This document shows, piece after piece, positions 12,201 through 23,739 of a stretch of DNA of 64,000 bases. A program made the translations under genes and the position numbers. How positions within the stretch are numbered: the first letter of the stretch is position 1; each line of letters opens with the position of its first letter. Source of the stretch: Antechinus flavipes (lineage: Eukaryota); NCBI RefSeq assembly GCF_016432865.1, contig NC_067399.1, positions 511,624,001-511,688,000 of the forward strand. The letters are read 5' to 3'. The notes under the pieces are model-generated. The model ran no database searches, was not told the DNA's origin, and saw only the letters and a program-made list of their open reading frames with translations.

Positions 12201-14169
12201 CTAACAGAAAAAAAAAAAAACAAGAAAAATGGAAGCAGGATACTTGCAGAACATTTTTTTCAATCTCATCATTTTACAAATGAGGAAAGTAACTCAGTAA
12301 GGGAAATGACTTAAAAAAGGATGATCAGGTAGTAATAAAGGCCAGAGTCCTCTAGTGCATTTTTCATTGCAACAAGTAGGAAAGTGCCTTTCATGAAAAC
12401 CATTAGCTAATGATTACAATGGTGACACTTTGGTTCAATGCACTTCTCTATCTCCACTTGCCATCTTCTCCAACCCTCCCCTACACAACATTCTCCCTCT
12501 TTCACAGTGAGAAAAAATAAGGAAGTTGAGAAAAATGAGGAAGGGAAGGATCTGGAATCAGTGCATGCTTATTAACTATGAAGCAATACACCTACATGCT
12601 TCATAAAGGAAAGAACTTGAGCAAGTTCTTTAAGTTCACCTAGACTCAACACTCCTTATTTTTGAAATAAGTATGACTCATCCCATCTCAAAGTTCCTGT
12701 AACATTTTCACGTGAAAAGACTTCACAAATCCAATTTTTTATTGTTACTCTTTTTTTCAATTAACAACTACAAATTAACTTCATGCACCTCTCCCCAAAA
12801 AACATCTGCAACTATACTGAGCTATAGCTACACTGAGTCCCAGAGGCTGTTTTGGTGTCATTCTGAATGCTTCTAAGTAAAAACAATTTTTAAATTAGTA
12901 CTGTTGTTCTTTTCATAGGTGTCTTTGAAAATTATATATTTTTCTTTTTTGGGGGGGAACTTGTCTTTGCTTTTCTATGTTTATTTGGAATCATATGAAT
13001 TATTAGTTTTCATCTTTTCATATAGTTAGCCAATAAAAACTTTTGATCTGTACACCTTGCATATTTATAATAGGGTAATAAAAAGTTGTATAGAAATAAT
13101 TTTCTTCCCAACTGGAAATCAAAAATCACTAGTTAATAAACTCAAATATTACATGGTATAGTATTCGGTGCAATTGCAATATTAACCACATGAGAATATA
13201 GAAATAAATTTGCAACATGGAATTATTTGAGTGAAACATATTATAATTCCATCCTTGAAAGACCAAGAAAAGGGTACCTTCTAATCTTTATGGGAGATTT
13301 ATAAATTCATAATCTTATTATTATATAACTCAAGTTATGTTTATAATTCTTATATTTCAGAAGAGCTGAGAAAATATACCAAAAGCATGAATTGAAAATA
13401 CAGACTAATACATTAATCTTTTGCAGAAGACTTACTGAAAATCTAGTAGAGTTATATATATTATGAAGAGCTGGGAGTGAGCAGACTTTGGAAAATTTGA
13501 GATTCTATATGAGCCCATTTACAACTATGTAATTCCAGATTTTCAGATTTTGTATAAATCAGTTTTTAAAAACTGTCTTATTTAAAGTGATTTTTTTTTC
13601 CTATAAGGGTTTATATTTCAATTGTGATATTTGATCCTCTAAAATTGTAAAATAAACCTGGATGAAAAACACACTTAAAATTTGGTCTTCAAGGTAAATA
13701 TTTGTAAGACCACCTGTCCAATTTTATCAAATATTTTTCCCCTCCAAAACCAAAGTTAGTTATATTCATTAAAACGAGCCATGTTTACTCGCTTACTAAG
13801 GCGATATGAAAAAGGATGCGCGGATTCGGCAATAATTTATGGTTTTGAAATTACACCTCTCAAGAGTACTTTAAAATAGCGTTCTTGTTATTTTTACACG
13901 CTTTTGTGATGGAGTGCCGTTTTCCTATATATTTTGCCTTTCGGATTTATGTTAAATTTCAAGTGGAATATTGAATGACATCATCCTAAGTGATACTTTA
14001 ACTGCAGAATTTTGAGGGGGTGGAGGGGGGAGGAAACACCAAACAAAAAAAAAAAAAAAAAAAAAACCAGACTAACTACCCTATATAATCTTTCAAGAAA
14101 CAGCAACAGACAAAGCGTCTCCGCCAAGAAACTGCAGCATCTACGCGACCCTGTCAGACACTGAACACA

Positions 14170-14400
14170 CTCTCCATTGGTTCAATCTGACACGTGTCCA
14201 TCCTCTTACTAGGGAAAACACTCTTATGTCACTGAATAATTTACATAGTGACCGCCTATTGGCGCTTAGAAATCATCTTCCTCTCCTGATTGGTTGATGA
14301 CATGTCCCCGCTTCTTGGGGATGAGCTTGCCTAGGAAGTGTTAGTGCTTCTGGAGGGTCACAGACGTTTCAATTTCCTTTTCCGGTTCGCCACAGAAGTT
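14170..14400 (+). promoter_or_regulatory. METTL17 core promoter (TATA-less, CCAAT/E-box/ETS)
   Basis: Inverted CCAAT (ATTGG) at 14176, 14258 and 14289; CACGTG at 14191; ETS-like aggaagtg at 14333 and tttccgg at 14379; local CpG enrichment just upstream of ATG 14401. Confidence 0.7.
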
Positions 14401-17400
14401 ATGGCGGCCACCAGAAGATTGAGATCCTTGCTGCTGGGAAGATGGAGCTGCCAGCCGGCAGGAATCCAGTTATCCCGGGTGAGAGCCATTATTCTCCCAG
14501 CGCGTTCTCCTGCTTCTGGAAACATCCCTGCTTGGTCACATCGGGAAAAGTTTTGAAGGGAAAGCTCACCGACCCCAGCCCTGTAAATCAGTGTATCTTT
14601 GGTCACGTGAAGAACTGTCATTCCACGAAACGATGAAGAGACAGTTCTATATAGTGATAGAGGGACAGAGACACAAAGAGCGATGCGCAGTAAAACGCTG
14701 GAGACAGGATGTGTGACAGAAAAGGAAAAGGGATAATGAGAGACAGGAAAGGGAGAAAAAATAAAAGGATTATGGGAGGCAGGTTGAAAATATGCAAATA
14801 ATGTGTAGGTTTAGAGGAAGTCAGAAATGGTGGGGGTGGAGGATTCCAGGGCTAGAATGGGATGAGTAATCTCAAAATCTGTGCCTATATGCAAATCGGA
14901 TGCTGGATTTATTTGCAAGGTTGTTATGGCCTCCTGACTAGTATCAGCATCTAAACTTACCTATAGTTTACGTAATATGAAACCAAGTAGCCTCCAAATC
15001 AGAATTCATCAATTCTGCTTATTAAAGCCACCCACGGCAGTTACTTGTTGCTATGTAGTAGTATTCTGAATTCTTGTTCAACCTTCCAACTCTTGAAAGT
15101 CTTTTAGTCCTTGCTGAGGCAAGAGAAACCTCCTATTCCTGGAGAAGACTCTTGTTCTCAAATAGTAGATTTAGAAGTAGAAGTGGTCTTATAGATACTA
15201 TCTAGTTCAAACCATTGGTTTTATAAATAAAGAAACCTCATGAGACTTAAAATTTACAGGTAACAAGTGACAAATGTGGGATTCAAACTCTGATTCTACT
15301 GATTGTAAATCTAGCACACCTTCTACCTGCACCATGCTGCCATCCCTGGTCTGTCTTCATCCACAACACTCTCTCTAAACTAGCAGTTTAGTAAATTACC
15401 TCTTAATTGAATTCAGTCTCAATCTGTGCCTTCCCACATTATTTGTTGTGAAGTGAAATAATATACATAAAACATTCTGCAAAATCTTAAAAGTAAAAAA
15501 ATTTAAAATGAACTATTATTACCCATATTTCTTCATGCACTAAATTACCTCATTCAGTTTTGCTCTTTCTGGAACTCAGCCACTTACTGACCTGATTCCC
15601 AGAGAGTCCCAGGAGAATGATATATTAGATTTCCTGGAGAAGCGACCACATCGTAAGCATCCAGGCATCTTAAATTTATCCCAAGTGCGGCTGCCACAGG
15701 CCCTGGTCACTGCAGCCCAACGCCTCGTACAGGGTGAGTAATTCCCTTGAACAAGGAAATGAGTAGAGAAAAGAAAGAAATCTTCATTTAATTGATTAAC
15801 CCCCTTTTCATCTCTGGCCCACAGAAAGCTCTATACCCAATATAGAGAAACAGGTTCAGACACTCACCAACTACCTCTGGAGTCGAAAACTTCCTATAGA
15901 ACCTGAGGAACTTCAAAAAAAAGCAATACAGCTGGAAAATGAACTCCAGCAAGCTACAGGTAAAAGCTAAGATGGGCCAAAGGAAGAAGTCAGGTTAGAA
16001 TAATTTAGGAAGAGAGAAAAGATTAGTTTTTAAATCAGTTTTGCAGACAAACATGTCAATTTTCCAATATGTCTTTGTTGAAATACTCATAAATATTACT
16101 TAACAACTAGAAGCTAGATATATCTATAAAGTAAAAATATGAGACCAAAAATAATAACACTTATATTATTTATCAAGAGTTTTCTCTGAAGACTAAATGA
16201 GTTTATAATATGTACAAAACACTTTGTGAATGGTAAACACAAAATGTCAGCTATTATTATAGACAATCTTTGATTCTATTGTGCATTTTATAAGGGTATA
16301 CCTAAATTTCCAGTCCATGCCTAGACCTTTCTCCTTTCCTCTAGAATCATCTGGTTCAGAAATGATCAGAAAATGTGTGGAACTTTCCCAGATTATACCA
16401 TGGAATGAAATCTCACCCACATATATTCCTCTTATCACACCCTTAACCTAACCTAGATTTGAACTAGCTTCCAGTAGTGCTTTCACGTACATATGACATT
16501 ATTGATTTCTCAGCATACTTTCCTTCAAGACAAATTTAGAAGAAAGTATCATGACTTCAGACTTGATTTATGACCTGTCATTGTTGAATGAGCAGTTATT
16601 TCTTTTTAATTAATTAATTTTGTTACCACTATCTCTTCCATTCTTCACACTCCATTATTGAATAGTTTTTTTTAAGTACTCATGATGACTCTGCAGAGCC
16701 CAACAAAACAAATTCCCACATTGGCTAAAGCTAAAAATTTATATCTCATTACACATTTTAAGTCCATCACCTCTGGCAAGCAGTAGGTGATAGATTTCAT
16801 CTTTCATCCTCTAGATTCATGGTTTATCATTTCATTGGAGTTCTAAAATCTAAAGGTATTTTTCTATACAGTGTTCTTGTCATATAAATTGTTCTAGTTT
16901 TCTAACTTCACTAAATCAGTTCATAAGCATCTTCCCATTTTCCTCTAAAACTGTTCATTTTGTCATAATTATGGCACAATAATATATCCATTATTCATAT
17001 ACTACAATTCGTTTATTGTTGTTCAATTGGGTCTGACTGAAATCTCATTTGAAATTTTTTTGGCAAAGATACTAGAGTAGCTTAATATTTCTTTCTCTGC
17101 TCATTTTACAGATGAGGAATTGAAGCAAACAGGGTTAAGTGCCATGCCTAGGGTCACACAATTCGTGTATGAGGCCACATTTGACCTCAGGAAGATGAAT
17201 CTGGCACTTTGTCCACTATACCCTCATAGCTACCCATTATTTGTTTAGCTATTCCCTAATAAGTGGTCGCTCCTTTAGTTTGTTTGAGATTATGAATAAT
17301 TATTTGTGACGGTACTTATAAATAACTTTGTGGAGTGCACTAGATTGCACAGACCCAGAATTAGGAAGAAGTGTTGCAGAAGAGTGAGGAAATTCCTTAT

Positions 17401-20400
17401 CAAAGCAGGTTCTTTTATCTTGAATTCCAGACCCCTAGTACTCATCACATTTACACATAAGCAAAACTGAATTAGTGATAGATACCATAAGAGGCAATGA
17501 GGGAAGATGAACTATCAGGGAAAGAATAATGCTCTGGTTAAACCATTATTCTTATGGCACAGAACATGTCTCATTTTTATGTAATATTTTTCTGTAGGTT
17601 TAGAAGCCTCCTGAGTTTTAAGTCCCTGCTGGGGAAAAAAAAAAGTGAGATAAAAATATTCCTAGTTTGCTGGGTTTCATTTTTCTGGCTCCTCAACTCT
17701 AGTCTTTGCTTTCTCTTCTCAGGATCATTACAGTCAGAGAAACAGCTTCGTGGAGCTGTGTTGAGTACCCTACGCAAAACTATCTACCATTGGCAAAAAC
17801 TAAGGTAAAGAAATTGCCCCAAAGCAGTACGGGGGAGAGAAGAGAAGAGGTTTGTCTTAAGACCAGAAAAAAAAAAGAAGCTTTACTCCAAGAAAAAAGA
17901 TAGGGGCATTAGGGACCAGGGAGATACCTTGATAAAATGAAAAAAAAAAAAAAAAAGTTAGGTATCATATTTCTTGCCTTCTCAGTGAATAAAACAGGGT
18001 TTGGAGGGAAGGAGAGAATTTGGACTGCAAAAAAATTTTTTAATTTTTTTTTAAATAAATGATGAAATGAATAAATTTAGAGGAAATTAAGACATGTTTT
18101 GATGCATAGCAAAATAAGCAGAATCAACGGAACAATTTATACAATAACAAAAATATAAAGAAAAAAGTTTTTAAAGATTTTAGATCTCTTATCAATGAAA
18201 ACAGTAAACAGTTAAAAAAAAAAAAATGATGAAAAACATCTCTTAAGATCCTGACAAAGAAGTGGGAATGTGGGAATTTGTTTTGCTGGACTATGGAACT
18301 TTATAGTGAGGGATGTATTATTTTTGTTTTATGGCATTTTGCTCAACTAGGGGTAATGGGACAGACTAATTTTGAAAGATAGTTAATTGAAAGAATAAAA
18401 AGAAGAATTTTTAAAAAGGACTATTCAGGACTTTGGGGGAAGAGAAGGAAGGGAAGGAATGAAAAATCTTAATATTCTTAGTAGCTATATCAAGTTAGTT
18501 AAATGTAAATTTTAAGTTACTCCTGTTTAATACTGTTTAGAACTGAAATTTATGCTCTAAAAATATTTCTATTTCATTCTATTATTGAAAAGACACACAC
18601 ATGTGAAGGATCTTTTTCTGTAGCCTATACCATTTTCTATCTTAACAAAAGTGTTTTTGGATTGTTGAGGCTCATTCCTTTACTCATGCAACAAAAAACT
18701 ATTAAAACTGTTGCTCTGTGCTAAGTACTGGTGGGAGGGAGGGAAGAGTTAGAGGGGATTCAAAATAAATTAAATACAATTACTAGAGTTATTTATAGGA
18801 ATTCTAAAATTTGTACAAAATAACTGCAGTAAAAAGTACGAATATACTGATAACAAGAAAAGTACAAATGTACTTTGAATTCAGACAAAGAAGAAATAAT
18901 TACAAGCTGGACAGATCAAAGAAAACTTGGTAGAACAGATAGCATTTGAATAGGCCTTGAATGGTCAGGATTTTAACACTGAATTCAACAATGGGAGGCT
19001 TTGAATGACAAGCTAAAGAGAATAATAAGAGTAATAACAGTACCAACTGACATTTATATTGCTTAAAGATTGCATATTGTTGTATACATTCTATCTCATT
19101 CATTCTTCACAAGACCCCTGTGAAATAGGTGCTATCATTGATAGCTAAGGAACCTGAGAGTGAAAAAGGTTAAGTGACTTGCCTAGAGCCACATAGCTAG
19201 TAAGTTTCTGAGGTAGAATTTGAATTGAGGTCTTCTTTATACCAAATCTAATACACTCTCCTCCTATACTTGGGTGCTTCCCATAGATATCAGTGGGTCA
19301 TTGTTGAAGGTTTGTGAACATAAAGTGCCATAATGTAAGCTCTGCTTTAGAAAATGAATCCAGAAGCACTGTCTAGGATGAACTAAAATAGAATAGAGGT
19401 TAAAAGATGTGTTTAGGAGCTTTGGCAGTAATCCAGGTGAGACATAGTAAAGTTATAACCCAGAGATAAAGGCTATAGGAATTGTAATCATGGAGGCAAG
19501 AGATACTGTGAGACTAGGACTCTATAAGATTTGACAAATATTTACATATACCTGGTTTCTTTTGCAGTTATGATGAAAGACTGAGCTTGCTATACATGGC
19601 AGCACGACTGGATGGTGGCTTTGCAGCTATTTCCAGAGCCTTCCATGAGGTAAAGCCCCTTAGTTTCTATTCCAAGACAGGTTCCTGAGATAGCCACAAA
19701 CTTTCAAAGACCTTCCATCTAACCTCTTTCCTAGGGCTACATTCTGAGTAATCTTTAGCAAGGCCCCCTCATTCCTGGCATCTGTTACTTTGTTTCTTCA
19801 GATCCAAGCTCGTGTTCCAGACTTTAAGCCACAAACTTTAATGGATTTTGGCTCAGGCACTGGTTCTGTTACTTGGTGAGTGGCTCAAGTTAGCATTAGC
19901 TCCACCATTTCCATCTTCAAGAAACCCAAGACCATTCCAAAGCCAAGAAACTAGTAGATTCCAGAGGAAAATGAAGTTAAAGTTTAGGCACTAATGTCAT
20001 CATTGATATTTTATTTATATATAGAAATTTATTTTAATTAATTTCTAGATAGGAGTTTAGGTGCATGAAAAGAAAACTTAGAAGCATGGGGAATGGGTCA
20101 GAGTTTGGAAAATAAGGACTACATTTAGAAAAGGAAAAAGGAGAGAAATGTAACATCAAGGGTAGGATGCTGCATATTAGTTTCTAGGGTACTGACATTT
20201 TTATGAGTCCATTTCCCTCCACAGCCCTCTATCCTTCATCCAGAAGGTGCTGAAAAATTAATAGAAATGATATCATTACTTTTTAACCTTTATCTGACAT
20301 AGCTTACTAGTATACTTAAGGGAATATGTATTAGCAGTACTCTGTTTAAGAACTCACTTTCTTAGATGTTTTAAATTGTCCTCCTATCTTCACAGGGCTG

Positions 20401-23400
20401 CTTATAATACTTGGGGCCATAGTCTTCGTGAATATTTGAATGTGGACAGCTCAGCTCCTATGTTGGCCTTAGCAGAAAGGCTTCTGAAAGGTAAGAATAA
20501 AGCAATATAAGATTGAAATGATCTACAAATAAAAAAGGCAAAGGACTAGGTAGAAGAGGTTGTGATAGAATGGAAAAGGAAAATTAGATTTCCTAGTCCC
20601 TTTAAAAAAAAAAAAAAAGATTCTTCCAAAAGATCAGATTTGTATTTTCATTAGATAAAAGCAAAGGGTAGTATCCTTTGCTAAGCTGAGAATGGGCTAG
20701 CTGGAGTCAAATAAGAGAAGGAATCCTTTTTTTCTTCCTGTTCTTCCCATGCCTTTCCTTCTCTAACCTATTTCATACTTTTTTTTTTCTCTTTTTTTCC
20801 TCTGTTCCTGGAATCTTTATTCTCTATTTGGATGTCCCTTCCCAATTCTGTCCCCCAGGTATATAGGCACATTTTAACTAATTCTCTTATTTATTCCCCA
20901 GGTGGTTTAGATTCTGGGAAACCTCATGTTCCAGGAGTCTTTTTTAGACAGTTTCTCCCAGTTTCACCAAAGGTAAGTGCCAGATTTCCTCAATGTACTG
21001 ATGGAAGAACAGGCAAATGGAAAATTTCAGCATCGAAATTCTATATAGAAAATATATATTTGGGGGCAGCTAGATGGCACAGTGGATAGAGTTCCTGCCC
21101 TGAAGTCAGGAGGACCTGAGTTCAAATCTAGTCTCAGACACTTAACACTTCCTAGCTGTGATCCTGGGCAAGTCACTTAATCCCAATTGCCTCAGCCAAA
21201 AAAAAGAAAGAAATAAAATATATATTTATATAGAAATTTTTATAGCATACCCTGAGTATTTGGCAATGGGTGGAAACAAAGCACAAGGGAAGTAGAAATT
21301 GGGGAGAGCCTCAGGGATGGAGAGAAGTCTGTCTAAAATGTCCCTTGCCTTGATTTCCAGATACAGTTTGATGTGGTAGTTTCTGCTTTCTCTCTAAGTG
21401 AGTTACCCAGCATGGCTGATCGAACTGAAGTCATTCAAACTTTGTGGCGTAAGACAGGCCACTTCCTGGTAAGCTGAGATCTTCCTTCACAAATCAAAAA
21501 TAAACTGCTTAAGTTCAACCTCTCTTGTATGAACTATTCCCCATACTTAAAACACCTTCAACAGGCACTACCATACCCACAAGCTTTTCCCTTATTTCTT
21601 TTCTTAGCCAAACTCCTTGAAAAAGCTGTCTATATTCATTGTCTTCATTTTTTTTTCCTTCCATTCTCTTCTAAACTCTCTGCAGCTGACTTCCAACCTC
21701 ATTGCTCAACTGAAATTACTCTTTCAAAAGTAATTAATAAACTTAATTGCCAAATCCTTTTCTTATTCTTCATCCTTCTCAACCTTCCTGCATCACTATT
21801 GATCACTCTCTCCTCTTGGATATTCTTCTTTCTGGATTTTCATTACGTTGTTTCATTTTGTTTCTCAAATTGCTTCGGTCTCCTTTGCTAGAACATCATC
21901 TATAAGAAATCCCTTAACTATTGGTATCCTTTAAAGCTCTATCTCTTATGCCCTTTTTTTTCTTTGACTATACTTTTTCTTTTAGTGAACTCATCTACTT
22001 TCATGGTTTTAATTATCAGCTTTAAATTGATGACTCCAATTCTATAATTCTACCCATATTCTCTTGGTTGAGAGCTAGTCTTTTATTAGATTACAACCAT
22101 TTATTAGTGCTAACTACATGCCAGACACTGTGATGAGCACTAAGAATACAAATACAGCCCCTGTCCTCAAGGAGCTTACATTTAATTAGGAAAAACAATA
22201 CATAAAAAAAGAGAAGCTGGAAAAAATTTGGAATCAGGGTGGCAGATCATTCACTGGAACAGGACATGGTAGAGAAATTATGGAGTACAGCCTGGAGAGG
22301 GATGAGACATAGCTGCCTTAGGCACCCTTCTTAAATGGAGGTTGTCTGAAGAGCTATCCAATAGAGAGCAGCCCCAGAGATAGAATGGCTCTTCTGCTGC
22401 AGAAGTTTGGTTCTGAGTCTGAGTGAGAACACTTGCACAGGATTTTCTTTTAAGTCAGAACTTTATTCTTGTCAAAGCAGTCATGGGTAACTAATTGGCA
22501 ATTAGGATTGGGGGAGGGGAGAAGGAAGAAAACTTTTGTACCAACATTTTGGCTCTAAGCCATGTTAGGAACATTATAGATAGATATAGATTATAGAGAT
22601 AGAAAAGAATATTTTTCAAACAGTAACTAACCATGGTCTGCTAAAGACAGTCAAAATAGCAACTTGGTTTCCTGGGTTCAAAAAACAGTTTATGGAGCAA
22701 ATGTTCCTTCTATAGGCCCTGCAAATCTAAACATACTTATGTTAGTAATTTTAGAAATGTTTATGTTAGTAATATTCATAAGCTATCGAGGGCCCAGAGT
22801 CAGGTGTAGTGTTCTTGGTTGGTTTTCTGGAGATCTCTAGACCAGCCTTCATTTCAGCTGAGTAATCACCACAAGAATAGCCAGGAATAAAATCCAAAAT
22901 TTTTATTGTCTCCTTGCCTGAGGCTCAGCTAGCTTTCTGGTGGCCCTTCAGCCTGGCCTTGGTCTCATTGGGGGAAGCAGGAGGACAGGCCAGCAACCTT
23001 GGTGGTGTGAGTTGGAGTGACTCTGTCTCTCCTTGGCTCCAAGAGCTTGAGCTCCCGCCTCCAGTCCTCTGTCTTCTCTGGCTCTGACCCTGGCTGAGTT
23101 TGTCCAGCTTATATGTTCTATTATAATTACATTGTCATAGGTGTGAATCTTGTAGAACTATATTAAGTACTAAGTACATGTACTGAACTAGAGAACTATT
23201 AATCACCATGCTAAACTAGATAACCATTGTCTTTTCAATTCCACTGACTTAACACCTTGTAAGAATCCTTGTTTCAGGTACAGAGTTCTGGCCCATAATA
23301 GTCAGCGTTCAACAAGTCCTCTATGCTTCCTATACATAAAATTCCAGGGTTATCCAGGACATTTATCACCAATACCTACAGGACATTTCAATCTGGATTC

Positions 23401-23708
23401 ACTATAGATCTCTCAAACCTAACGAGCCCATTATCTTCTCCCTTTACCCCAACCTGCCTCCCTTCAGAAAGTCCATTGTTTCTATCAAGAGTACCACCCT
23501 GCACCACAGAGAGACATCATGGCACAGTGGGAAAGTGCTGACTGCCATTTATTACCTCAGTAATCTCTTTGCCTGTAAGTGGAAGATTTGGAGGAGATGG
23601 CATCTAACATCTCTTCCATGTTTCTATAGTCTTTTGATCCTTTAAGTCACCCAGATTCACATCTTCTACATAATCCTCAACTCCTGTAACTCACCACCAC
23701 CCCAAACA

Positions 23709-23739
<31 letters not shown>

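Noticed and set aside
14611-14648. 9-bp stem hairpin (AGAACTGTC/GACAGTTCT) in METTL17 intron 1
   Set aside because: Several such stems are expected by chance in 64 kb; no snoRNA boxes or miRNA-length stem.
20671-20679. U12-type donor consensus GTATCCTTT in METTL17 intron 7 (again near 21925)
   Set aside because: No upstream exon or correctly placed U12 branch point; the second copy is inside an L2; all reconstructed introns use U2-type sites.
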